A DNA stretch of 64,000 nt from assembly GCF_947500265.1 (NCBI RefSeq), contig NZ_CANMRN010000005.1, forward strand, positions 159,307-223,306. The letters are read 5' to 3'. The stretch is from an uncultured Psychrobacter sp. GTDB lineage: Bacteria; Pseudomonadota; Gammaproteobacteria; Pseudomonadales; Moraxellaceae. Below, piece after piece: positions 55,721 to 64,000 of the stretch. The translations under genes and the position numbers were made by a program. Numbering within the stretch: the first letter of the stretch is position 1; each line of letters opens with the position of its first letter. A model generated the notes under the pieces. That model was not told where the DNA came from and ran no database searches. It saw only the letters and a program-made list of their open reading frames with translations.

Positions 55721-56080
55721 TTATTCAGGAACGACTAACTCACGGCCGATACGTGCTTCGACTTTGCAATATTTCCAAAGCTTATAAGTACCATCGCCCA
55801 CTGGAATGGTTCTGAAGAAGTTACAAGCAGCAATGATGGTTTCGATATCAGGCACGTCAGCCATGATATAAGCCATCCATGGGGCAGCATTAGCAGCACC
55901 GACTTGTAATCTATCGTCGTCCATAATGCCTAAAATGTTGACGCCTGGTAGCTCATCGACGTTTTGCATCATTTGGCTGAATGCTTGCCAAACATCTTTC
56001 ATCTCGGCAGCTGGTGAGTCCATAAAGTTTTGGTTGATACCGATACAAAACAAGACGCGGTGTGAATCTAACTTTTCCAT
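55721..56080 (-). CDS. iacB: Small conserved protein, IacB-like
   Basis: 119 aa, directly downstream of the iacA-like gene. The assignment is by size and synteny only. Confidence 0.5.
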   Translation of the reverse strand: MEKLDSHRVLFCIGINQNFMDSPAAEMKDVWQAFSQMMQNVDELPGVNILGIMDDDRLQVGAANAAPWMAYIMADVPDIETIIAACNFFRTIPVGDGTYKLWKYCKVEARIGRELVVPE

Positions 56081-56134
56081 TGAAATATCCTTTTTTAGAG
56101 TGGTTGTACGTTTAAAGAAACCTTAAACGTTGGG

Positions 56135-57271
56135 TTATAAATATCCTGGGTATGGTGCGTGATCAAATGCCATGGCACCTGCATTTCTAAAGGTAATTTC
56201 ACCCATAAATGCATGCTGTGCTACAAGTGAAGAATCTCTATAAATACGGGTCATTGCATGGCTATTTTGGGCACTCGTCATACCCATTAGTTTATATACG
56301 GTGCGTATGACTTCTACACATTCATGCGTCAAATGCGAGCTAGACAATCGTAATAAGTTGATCTGTGCATCACTGGGCTCATCGCCTGCCATAATAGTTG
56401 CCCAAACATCATCGGTTGCTTGATAGAAAAAAGCTTTGCAAGCATGTATTTTTGCTTCTGCTTTACCGATAGCAATTTGCACATATTCACGCTCACCAAG
56501 GTTTGGCGCGCCAGTAACAGACTTACGGCCACGTGCTTCACCAGTAATAATATTTAGCGCTTCACGGGCCAAGCCCAATATGGTGACTGCCAATACTTGG
56601 GTGGCTAAAGATAAAGATGGATACTTAAACAGTGGCTCAGTCAAACTGAGATTACCACCACGTACAAAGGTCCATTCTTTAGGTACGGTCACATTGTCTG
56701 CAACCACATCATGGCTGCCTGTGGCACGCATGCCAATCATGTCCCATGTTTCATCAATGGTTACTTGTTCTGCTGGCATAACAGCCATGCGTGGTAACGC
56801 ACCTTCTGTTTCAGGTTTGATACCGACACCGATTAATGATGCGCCTTTACAACCACTGGCAAACTTCCAGCGTCCAGAAACAATATAGCTGTCGTCTTGT
56901 TCTTGAGCAGGGCTCATAGGAAAGATAGCACCGGCAAATACCACGTCAGGCGTTTCGGCCCATACTTTATCGATAGTTTCTAAAGGCAAACCACCTAAGT
57001 AGAAAGGGTTCATACCAAAGCTGGCAACCCAACCCGCTGACCCATCAGCCATAGAAATAGTTTCGATGAGGCTTAGAAAGTCTGTAGGGCTACGTTCATC
57101 ACCGCCAAAACGCTTTGGTACAAACGCACGGTATACGCCAATTTCTTTGAAACGTTCAATAATATCTTGGTCAATATGACGCTGTGCTTCAAAGTCATCA
57201 GCACGCTGGCGAATATCGCTAAGTAGCTCATTCAGTTTTGGATGGTCGATAAGGGGTTTTAGATCTTTCAT
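56135..57271 (-). CDS. iacA: Acyl-CoA dehydrogenase-fold flavin monooxygenase, IacA-like (indole-3-acetate oxygenase)
   Basis: 378 aa with the ACAD-like three-domain layout (..FGGDE..., ..WKFASG..., C-terminal helical domain). It is flanked by amidase, iacB-like and Rieske genes, as in described iac loci. Confidence 0.75.
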   Translation of the reverse strand: MKDLKPLIDHPKLNELLSDIRQRADDFEAQRHIDQDIIERFKEIGVYRAFVPKRFGGDERSPTDFLSLIETISMADGSAGWVASFGMNPFYLGGLPLETIDKVWAETPDVVFAGAIFPMSPAQEQDDSYIVSGRWKFASGCKGASLIGVGIKPETEGALPRMAVMPAEQVTIDETWDMIGMRATGSHDVVADNVTVPKEWTFVRGGNLSLTEPLFKYPSLSLATQVLAVTILGLAREALNIITGEARGRKSVTGAPNLGEREYVQIAIGKAEAKIHACKAFFYQATDDVWATIMAGDEPSDAQINLLRLSSSHLTHECVEVIRTVYKLMGMTSAQNSHAMTRIYRDSSLVAQHAFMGEITFRNAGAMAFDHAPYPGYL

Positions 57272-57336
57272 AGAAATTCCTTTTTCATGTAAATGTCAGT
57301 AGTTTGTGAATATAAAATCGATTGTTGTAAAATAAG

Positions 57337-58458
57337 CTATTGTGAGAATGATGCAGCCAAGCACTCAGCCACTGCACATAAAAATGCATCATCACCTTTG
57401 CGACCAACCAACTGTAAGCTAATGGGTAAATCAAAGTCAGAATCACACGGTATGGCGTAAGCTGGGTGACCAGACAAGTTGAATGGGCGTACCAGTTTAG
57501 AGATGGTCAGATCGTTTTTTCCCGCTACCACTTGCTCTAACGTCATAGGAAAATGCGGGAGAGTTGGCATGACCAACACGCGAGTATCTTCTAACACCTC
57601 ATCTACTTGCGCTATAAATTCGGCTCGGATTGTTTCAGCCTCTAACACAGCCTCATCGGTGGTATGGCTCGCTTTTTCGAGACGAGTGGCCACATCTTGA
57701 CCCAACTTACCTGTCTCGTAAAAATCCTTGCAGGCAAGCCATGTCTCACGGTTAATGATAGTAAGCCCTGCCTGAAATGCCTTGTCCAAATCTGGGAGTT
57801 GTACGGGCTTTAGCTCAATCGATGAACAGTCAGTCAACACATTCTTAATAGTGCTGTTGATACGTTCGTCTGAATCCGTCTCTAACCAGCCCAGCGTTAA
57901 CGTTTCTTGCTGTAGTGTCAGCACTTCAAACTCAGGTGAAATCGCTTTCATGGTTTTGGTGATGAGCTCAGGCGTTTTTGCAAAGACACCCACACAGTCT
58001 AATGATGATTCGATAGGCCAAACACCCTCTCGGCTCACCAAACCAAAAGTAGGTTTAAATCCGTAAACACCGCAGCAAGCAGCAGGCATACGTACTGAAC
58101 CGCCTGTGTCGGTACCAATCGCTACATCAACTTTACCGCTCGCCACTGCCGTTGCAGAACCACTCGATGAGCCTCCAGGAATCAAATTAGGATATAATGG
58201 ATTGACTGGTGTACCATAACTGCGGTTAATCCCTGTCATACCAAAAGCAAGCTCATGCATGACCGTTTTTCCGATAATAGAAAAATGATTTGTCTTAAGG
58301 TGTTGAACAATGATGGCATCTTTTTCGGCAGGCAAAACACTAGAGCAGGCATCACTACCCAATTGGGTAGCAGTTCCGATAACGTCAATACTGTCTTTTA
58401 TCGCAACCGTTAGTTGATTGGTATCTGATAATGGGAACATCACTGTAAAATCATTCAT
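57337..58458 (-). CDS. iacH: Amidase-signature enzyme, IacH-like
   Basis: The amidase signature is GGSSSGSATAVASGKVDVAIGTDTGGSVRMPA. The start is moved to 58458 (MNDFTV..., SD AAAGGA 8 nt upstream). The track start at 58545 would place an operator-like palindrome inside the coding region. Confidence 0.8.
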   Translation of the reverse strand: MNDFTVMFPLSDTNQLTVAIKDSIDVIGTATQLGSDACSSVLPAEKDAIIVQHLKTNHFSIIGKTVMHELAFGMTGINRSYGTPVNPLYPNLIPGGSSSGSATAVASGKVDVAIGTDTGGSVRMPAACCGVYGFKPTFGLVSREGVWPIESSLDCVGVFAKTPELITKTMKAISPEFEVLTLQQETLTLGWLETDSDERINSTIKNVLTDCSSIELKPVQLPDLDKAFQAGLTIINRETWLACKDFYETGKLGQDVATRLEKASHTTDEAVLEAETIRAEFIAQVDEVLEDTRVLVMPTLPHFPMTLEQVVAGKNDLTISKLVRPFNLSGHPAYAIPCDSDFDLPISLQLVGRKGDDAFLCAVAECLAASFSQ

Positions 58459-58503
58459 TTCAAATCCTTTCAAATTCATAGCTTGATTAAAAGTATCGTT
58501 AAA

Positions 58504-58534
58504 TTTAGTTGAAATGTCAAATACTTTGACTAAA
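58504..58534. promoter_or_regulatory. Candidate IacR (MarR) operator in the iacH-iacR divergent region
   Basis: TTTAGTTGAAATGTCAAATACTTTGACTAAA contains the perfect inverted repeat GTCAAA-TAC-TTTGAC nested in TTTAGT...ACTAAA. A related sequence lies at 60594-60620. Confidence 0.45.
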
Positions 58535-58586
58535 TTTATTTTCATATCTACAATAAAATTAAAAATACAGCCTTAGGAAACAAAAA

Positions 58587-59060
58587 ATGCAAACAGAAAA
58601 ATCACCCTATCTTCCAAATAGTAAAAAATTTAATTATCGTCAATACCCTTTTTACTGGGTGGCTCGCGTAGAGTCTTTATATAATCAAGAAATGGAAAAA
58701 ACGCTAAAACCGGTTGGCATGGATTCATCACGCTGGCGAGTTGGATTACTGTTAAGAGAGCATGAAACGCTAGCCATTTCAGAGATTTCTAACGAAGCAT
58801 TGATGAAGATCCCAACGACTACCAAAATCGTTCAACGCATGGAAAAAGAAGGTTTGGTCAAGGTTTTTAAACAAGAAAGTGATGGACGAGTGAGACTGGT
58901 GAGATTGACCGAACAAGGCAAATCTCAGGTAGAAATGATTGTTAAGAAAACCGCACCGATGTTTGAAAATCTGTTTTCTAAGTTTTCAGCAGAAGAACTT
59001 GAAACGTTTCTTAGATTAAGTGAAAAACTTTTTGATAATCTAGAAAGCAATGAGTCATAA
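58587..59060 (+). CDS. iacR: MarR-family transcriptional regulator, IacR-like
   Basis: 157 aa with a MarR wHTH pattern (GMDSSRWRVGLLLREHETLAISEISNEALMKIPTTTKIVQRMEKEGLV...DGRVRLVRLTEQG). It is divergent from iacH. Confidence 0.8.
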   Translation: MQTEKSPYLPNSKKFNYRQYPFYWVARVESLYNQEMEKTLKPVGMDSSRWRVGLLLREHETLAISEISNEALMKIPTTTKIVQRMEKEGLVKVFKQESDGRVRLVRLTEQGKSQVEMIVKKTAPMFENLFSKFSAEELETFLRLSEKLFDNLESNES

Positions 59061-59344
59061 ACCAATAAATTCGAATACTTTTAAAAATATAAAATAAAAT
59101 TAAGACAGCATAAAACAATAACTAATTATCTTTTGATAAAAAATTATTATTTTATTAAATAACCAATCACATAATTTGTTGTGTTGTACAGTCATTCCGC
59201 TATAAAAATATGACAGCGTTAACCTCGCTTGAAGTAGTAGATATACATCTACACTTGGTTGCCTTGTACTATTTTTAAATGGAATCGACTATATTACTGA
59301 CTCAACTTAGTTTCTATATAAGCAAGAAAAGTGAAAACACTACA

Positions 59345-59394
59345 AATACAGCTGGTATCACGTTTGAGGCTAACAAGCGTGACATAGCTGTATT
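59345..59394 (-). terminator. Candidate terminator hairpin right after the second TRAP binding-protein gene
   Basis: AATACAGCT...TCACG-loop-CGTGA...AGCTGTATT, with a T-rich tail on the minus strand. Confidence 0.4.
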
Positions 59395-59399
59395 ATTGT

Positions 59400-60443
59400 T
59401 TAGGACTTACAGGCAGCGCTCGCTTCCTTTGCTTTGGCATACACTGCTTGGGCATCTAGTCCCATGGCACTTACATCTGCCAAATATTTTTTGGTGCCTG
59501 CTTCTAATGGTATGCTCCATTTTGGATCATTTAGCGGGTCAGGAATATCAATCATCACATCGCCGCGAGCTTTAGCTTCGCTGCTGTATTTAGCCGCTTC
59601 TGTATCAAACACGTTAGCCGCTATGTCTGACATTACCTTGCCAGTGTTATCGTCCATAATTTTCTTTAGGTCATCAGGCAAATCAGCATATTTGTCTTTA
59701 TTCATGGTCACGACCAAGGCCGAGCTATAAAAAGGCATATTGGTATGGGTGTTTACCACATCAGTCAATTTGAAAGATCCGGTTGGACTCCATGGAAATG
59801 CCATGCCATCCACCACACCGCGTTGTAATGAGGTATATAAATCGGTTGCTGGTAGGCCAACAGGCGCGCCACCTGCCGCTTCAATAATATCGCCGCCAAT
59901 CGCAGAAGGACGGCGAATACGCATGCCTTTCATATCGGCAGGAATACGTATCGGTTTATCAACCGTATGTAAGGTGCTGGGCTCACTGCCTATCATGAAC
60001 AATAAGTGCGTGTCGTCATATTCGCTAGACACCACCCCCTCATCATAGAGCGTTTGCAGCATACAGCTCATTTGACTAGCCGAGCTCGACAATCCTGGCA
60101 GCTCAGCTATTTGAGTCAATGGAAATCGTCCATTGATATAACCCTGAACTTGCACTCCTAAATCAACGGTCCCCTTAGCCACCGCTTCATACGTAGCATC
60201 CGGTTTACTAAGTGTGGCTGAAGGATAAATCTCTATTTTCAGTCTACCACCCGACTCTTTTTCGATTTTGTTTGCCCAAGGCACAAAAGCATCGGTATGC
60301 ATGACTGCTGATGCTGGCCACAAATGTGAAAAACGCAACGTGGTCACATCATTAGCGCCTGTGGTTGCACTATCTTCTTTTGAACAGCCACTCAAGCTTA
60401 ATAAAGTTGCTAACGCGATGGTCAGTGGAAGGGGAAGTTTCAT
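59400..60443 (-). CDS. Orphan TRAP substrate-binding protein (DctP family), lipoprotein; paralogue of 49070-50128
   Basis: The signal and lipobox are MKLPLPLTIALATLLSLSGCSK. It aligns by eye with the other binding protein over its whole length (TTLRFS..WPA...GRFPLTQIAELPGLS...TSLQRGV.DG...PFYSSA.V.TMNK.KY..LPDDLK...ASAACK). No adjacent Q/M genes are present. Confidence 0.85.
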   Translation of the reverse strand: MKLPLPLTIALATLLSLSGCSKEDSATTGANDVTTLRFSHLWPASAVMHTDAFVPWANKIEKESGGRLKIEIYPSATLSKPDATYEAVAKGTVDLGVQVQGYINGRFPLTQIAELPGLSSSASQMSCMLQTLYDEGVVSSEYDDTHLLFMIGSEPSTLHTVDKPIRIPADMKGMRIRRPSAIGGDIIEAAGGAPVGLPATDLYTSLQRGVVDGMAFPWSPTGSFKLTDVVNTHTNMPFYSSALVVTMNKDKYADLPDDLKKIMDDNTGKVMSDIAANVFDTEAAKYSSEAKARGDVMIDIPDPLNDPKWSIPLEAGTKKYLADVSAMGLDAQAVYAKAKEASAACKS

Positions 60444-60593
60444 CGTAGAATCCTTTCTTAGTGGGTTGATGGCTAATTGTGTTTGGTAAACACAAGAAAA
60501 AACAGATAAAGAATGCCGATCATCATGCGATTTAATGCATCTTTAACTGCTGTGCGAACCTGCTTAAAAGAGTCAGATATTTACTAGCATGTA

Positions 60594-60620
60594 TTGAAAA
60601 TACTTTACATTTCAACTAAA
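60594..60620. promoter_or_regulatory. Second copy (inverted orientation) of the iacH-iacR operator-like sequence, upstream of the orphan binding-protein gene
   Basis: The reverse complement TTTAGTTGAAATGTAAAGTATTTTCAA matches site 58504-58534 at the first 14 positions and at most of the rest. It lies about 150-177 nt upstream of the ATG at 60443. Confidence 0.4.
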
Positions 60621-61069
60621 ATTAGCAGTCGCTAATGCGCTTGTCAATCAGTAAAATTAAAAAAACATGTAATAAATTCTACAAACATCAAACCATTTAT
60701 ATATAAAAACCAATTAAATCAATGCTATACATTACAATTTTATCGTTTTACATAATAAATTCATGACAGAAAAAATAATGACGGCAACCTTAATTGCTAA
60801 CAACAATATACTCTAAAGGTATTTTATTGAGAGAAAACTCAACTTAAGCCAGCTATTAGTAAATTTAAGATTAAAAACATACAGGCATCAAAAAGTGCTA
60901 CTAATGCGTATTTTCCAAATTACTGTGCTACCTAGTCATACCAGTTAGTCACACCCGAATCTTTGAAAAATCACACACTAGCAGCACTATATTTTTGGAC
61001 AGTGCCATCTTACCTACTGAAAAAATTAACCCTCATGTAAAAACTTATGCATTAATCCGTTACCTTGTG

Positions 61070-61987
61070 TTAAATAGATTCTCGCTTATGAACCACATTT
61101 TCTTCTTCATATATTTGGTAAATCACTCCTAATAGTGTCTTTAGTAAATCTGATTTGTCAAAATGTCTAACATTCATAATGACAGGTGATGTCAACAGTC
61201 CATCTTCAAAAGGAATATAAGCCACTTCCTTCTCACGCAAATGCTCAAGCGATTGAGGAACAATAGTTATACCCACTCCTGCGGCGACCAAACCTAATGC
61301 TACATGTAGCTCGCTGACTTCTGAAAAAGAAGTGGGTTCAATATTTCGGTCTTCAAACAAACCTAAAATATAGTCAATAAAACTGGGTCTTGGCGCTTTG
61401 GGATATAACAGTAAGTTTTCGTCGATTAAATCAGCAATGCCAATAGTACTGCGCTTTTGCTGCATAATATGATGATCGATAGGGACGGCAACTACCAAGC
61501 TTTCTTCTCGTAACAAAATACGCCTGACTGATGCATCATCAAATAATAATCTGCCAAAACCCACATCTATTTTGCCACTGGTCAGCGCTTGCGTCTGCTG
61601 CCACGAATTTAGCTCATGTAGCTTAATTTGTATATTAGGATACACTTTACGGAAGCGTGAAATCACTCGCGGTAGCGTGCCATACAAAATAGAGGCTACA
61701 AAACCGATAGACAGAGACCCATCAAAAGTGCCTTTACGCATGGTCATCGTACGCAAATTATCAGACTTTTTTATGATTTGTATTGCATGTTCATAAAAGA
61801 AAATACCTGCTTCCGTTAACTTTAAGGGACGCTGATCTCTGTCTATTAAAACAACGCCGACCTCTTCTTCTAATTGTTTTATTTGGCGGCTGAGTGGTGG
61901 CTGCGAGATATATAAACGTTCAGCGGCCTTATTAAAGCTTTTCTCTTCAGCCACGGCTATAAAGTAACGCAAATGCCTAAGTTCCAT
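61070..61987 (-). CDS. LysR-family transcriptional regulator (CatM/BenM/CatR-like), divergent from catB
   Basis: It has MELRHLRYFIAVAEEKSFNKAAERLYISQPPLSRQIKQLEEEVG. The divergent position relative to catBCA is classic for this family. Confidence 0.85.
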   Translation of the reverse strand: MELRHLRYFIAVAEEKSFNKAAERLYISQPPLSRQIKQLEEEVGVVLIDRDQRPLKLTEAGIFFYEHAIQIIKKSDNLRTMTMRKGTFDGSLSIGFVASILYGTLPRVISRFRKVYPNIQIKLHELNSWQQTQALTSGKIDVGFGRLLFDDASVRRILLREESLVVAVPIDHHIMQQKRSTIGIADLIDENLLLYPKAPRPSFIDYILGLFEDRNIEPTSFSEVSELHVALGLVAAGVGITIVPQSLEHLREKEVAYIPFEDGLLTSPVIMNVRHFDKSDLLKTLLGVIYQIYEEENVVHKRESI

Positions 61988-62073
61988 GTTTTACCTCTCT
62001 ATAATTTTAATGATCGATTCACCATCAAAGCATGGTTTGATGCTTTACTAAATGTACAAGCCGTCATTATAGT

Positions 62074-62088
62074 ATACCTAAAAGGTAT
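62074..62088. promoter_or_regulatory. LysR-type binding site ATAC-N7-GTAT in the regulator-catB intergenic region
   Basis: ATACCTAAAAGGTAT is the same dyad consensus described for BenM/CatM site 1 in Acinetobacter baylyi. Confidence 0.5.
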
Positions 62089-62183
62089 TAAAGAGCGTTA
62101 TATTAGGTCTTAGACAAAATCAGTCACAAAACCTATAGTTAATGGCGAACTTAAAGGATTAATGACAAAGGATAAAAATAAAT

Positions 62184-63305
62184 ATGATTCGTTCAATTCA
62201 AACATTATTGGTTCCCATTCCTACTATTCGAGCCCATAAATTGGCTTGCACGGTAATGAACGAGCAGACCTTGGTCTTGGTTCATATTAAAACAGAAGAC
62301 GGCTATGAAGGTTGGGGAGAAGCCACCACTATTGGCGGATTAAACTATGCAGAAGAAAGTCCTCATAGTATTAAGACCAATATAGACACGTACTTTACGC
62401 CACTATTACTCAAAGAAGCGCCTGCTTCTACTGCAAAAGCCATGCAGTTATTGAACAAACAAATTAGCGGTAATCGCTTTGCGAAATGCGCAATCGAAAC
62501 GGCACTGCTAGATATAGAAGGCAAGCGCCTGGGCATTCCTGTCAGCGAATTGTTGGGTGGCCGCGTTCGTGATGAATTGGGCGTGGCGTGGACGCTAGCC
62601 AGTGGTAACACTAAAAAAGATATCGCTGAAGCCAAACTAATGATTGAGCAAAAAAAGCATCAAATCTTTAAGCTGAAAATTGGTAGTAACCCGATTGATC
62701 AAGACCTTGCCCATGTTCTAGCGATTAAACAAGCCTTACCCAACTGCCGTATTACAGTGGATGTGAATCAAGCATGGACTGAGCTTGAAGCAATGAAGGG
62801 CATCAAGTGCCTACAAGACGGCCTTATAGATTTGATCGAACAGCCTATAACAATGCGCAATAAAGCTGGTTTAAAGCGTCTAAAAGAGCATTTTGATGTT
62901 GCCATCATGGCAGATGAGATTGTTCAAGACCCACAAAATGCATTCCATTTAGCAGCTGAACACTGTGCGGATGTATTCGCCGTTAAGATCAATCAAGCAG
63001 GCGGTCTAAAAGCAGGTTGCCTCATTGGACAAATGGCACATCTGGCAGGCATCGATTTATATGGTGGCACTATGCTAGAAGGCCCTATTGGCACTGCAGC
63101 CTCGGCTCATGTGTTCTCCACATTTCCTAGCTTGAATTTTGATACTGAACTGTTTGGCCCATTATTGCTGACTGATGATATTTTGGTGCGTCCACTTGAC
63201 TATCAAAACTTCAATTTAACCGTGCCAACAGGCGCAGGTCTAGGTATCGAAGTAGATCAAGACAAAGTTTACCACTATGCCAAAAAGATTCATGCGCTAG
63301 GTTAA
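62184..63305 (+). CDS. catB: Muconate cycloisomerase I
   Basis: 373 aa of the MR/MLE enolase-superfamily type (..FKLKIG.., ..VDVNQAW.., ..IEQP..). It is followed by catC and catA. Confidence 0.9.
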   Translation: MIRSIQTLLVPIPTIRAHKLACTVMNEQTLVLVHIKTEDGYEGWGEATTIGGLNYAEESPHSIKTNIDTYFTPLLLKEAPASTAKAMQLLNKQISGNRFAKCAIETALLDIEGKRLGIPVSELLGGRVRDELGVAWTLASGNTKKDIAEAKLMIEQKKHQIFKLKIGSNPIDQDLAHVLAIKQALPNCRITVDVNQAWTELEAMKGIKCLQDGLIDLIEQPITMRNKAGLKRLKEHFDVAIMADEIVQDPQNAFHLAAEHCADVFAVKINQAGGLKAGCLIGQMAHLAGIDLYGGTMLEGPIGTAASAHVFSTFPSLNFDTELFGPLLLTDDILVRPLDYQNFNLTVPTGAGLGIEVDQDKVYHYAKKIHALG

Positions 63306-63378
63306 TAGGAACACAGTCAGTACACAGTTTTTAACTTTTGTACTTATAGACAGAAAACCAATTACTAAGGAAATACTC

Positions 63379-63669
63379 ATGTTATACCACGTACGTATGG
63401 ATGTATTGATACCAACCGATATGGATGCCAACAAAGTGGCAGAGCTAAAAGCGGTAGAAAAAGCATTATCGCAAGAGCTGCAAGAGCAAGGTAAATGGCG
63501 TCATATCTGGCGACTGGCTGGTGAATATTCTAACTTTAGTATCTTTGATGTTGAAAGCAACGAAGAGCTACACGACATCATGATGTCATTACCACTTTAC
63601 CCTTACATGAAAGTTGAAGTGACTCCATTACTGCGCCACCCTTCTTCTGTACGTAGTGATGATAGCTAA
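63379..63669 (+). CDS. catC: Muconolactone delta-isomerase
   Basis: 96 aa. MLYHVRMDV..P.DMD......LKA.EK.L.Q.LQ..GKWRHIWR.AG.Y.N.S.FDV......H....LPL.PYM..EV.PL.RHPSS matches the CatC family almost residue for residue. Confidence 0.9.
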   Translation: MLYHVRMDVLIPTDMDANKVAELKAVEKALSQELQEQGKWRHIWRLAGEYSNFSIFDVESNEELHDIMMSLPLYPYMKVEVTPLLRHPSSVRSDDS

Positions 63670-63680
63670 ATTGTTGTTTC

Positions 63681-63728
63681 ATAAAGCATATATTTAATAA
63701 AGCACGTATTTAACAAAGCAAAAAAAAC
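63681..63728. repeat. Three tandem 16-bp units (ATAAAGCATATATTTA / ATAAAGCACGTATTTA / ACAAAGCAAAAAAAAC) between catC and catA, followed by a hairpin
   Basis: Read directly from the sequence. The units share the AYAAAGCA...TTTA frame also seen in the 52318-52500 array (e.g. ACAAAGCATTATGTTTA). A hairpin, AACCATATGATT-GAAA-AATCACATGGTT, follows at ~63727-63755. Confidence 0.5.
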
Positions 63729-63853
63729 CATATGATTGAAAATCACATGGTTTAAAAATTAAAGAAATAGGTAATAAAAATATTGGGTCAGAGTACTCAA
63801 TTCAAAATCCTAATATTTCAAAATATAGAACAGTCCTCAACAAGGAGAGAGAC

Positions 63854-64000
63854 ATGGAACACAAAAACATAGAAGCATTAGCAGAAAAATTCATCAAAGG
63901 TAAGATTGACTTTCCTGATCAAGTAAACCCACGCGTGCAAGAGATTACTTTGCGTATCGTAGGTGACTTGATGAAAGCCATTAATGATTTGCGCATCACT
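63854..64000 (+). CDS. catA: Catechol 1,2-dioxygenase, N-terminal 49 codons (runs off the right edge)
   Basis: Not in the track (edge-truncated). AAGGAGAG lies 6 nt before the ATG at 63854. MEHKNIEALAEKFIKGKIDFPDQVNPRVQEITLRIVGDLMKAINDLRIT fits the CatA N-terminal helix pattern (..NPRV.QI..R...DL.KAI.DL.IT). The gene order is catB-catC-catA. Confidence 0.75.
   Translation, partial: MEHKNIEALAEKFIKGKIDFPDQVNPRVQEITLRIVGDLMKAINDLRIT

Noticed and set aside
59279-60489. Plus-strand ORFs 59279..59575, 59434..59730, 59740..60048 and 60268..60489
   Set aside because: They are antisense shadows of the well-supported TRAP binding-protein gene.

Overview
This 64-kb chromosomal segment is AT-rich and probably comes from a Moraxellaceae-type gammaproteobacterium. 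That assignment is inferred from gene order and regulatory motifs and is not verified.

Layout:
1. 1-10.8 kb: the recC-recB-recD operon on the minus strand. RecB and RecC are unusually long, and a 175-bp MITE-like element sits in the recC-recB spacer.
2. 11.2-12.8 kb: two hypothetical genes and tRNA-Arg(CCT).
3. About 12.8-33.3 kb: a decayed tRNA-anchored genomic island. It contains:
   - a P4-type integrase remnant;
   - hicAB, where hicA uses an ATT start and is missing from the ORF track;
   - an orphan four-gene operon (GT2/kinase-like/GT-A giant protein, RibA::NADAR fusion, AsnB-type amidotransferase, NAT-fold enzyme);
   - four small secreted or lipoprotein genes;
   - a module of frameshifted PP2C phosphatase, WYL regulator, degenerate FtsZ-like protein and DUF1810;
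   - a divergent GmrSD-like pair (DUF262, then DUF262-DUF1524);
   - the wreck of a type I R-M locus.
4. 33.8-47 kb: catabolic and transport genes (GMC oxidoreductase, two AraC regulators, ALDH, APC permease, OCD/RidA/FAD oxidoreductase), plus a second MITE copy.
5. 47.2-60.4 kb: a TRAP transporter, a complete indole-3-acetate catabolic cluster (iacHABICDEFG with divergent iacR) and a second orphan TRAP binding protein.
6. 61-64 kb: a LysR regulator and catBCA.

The best candidates for undescribed biology are the RibA::NADAR/AsnB/NAT/GT-kinase operon and the PP2C-WYL-FtsZ-like-DUF1810 module next to the type IV restriction pair. All domain calls are by-eye motif recognition, because no searches were possible.
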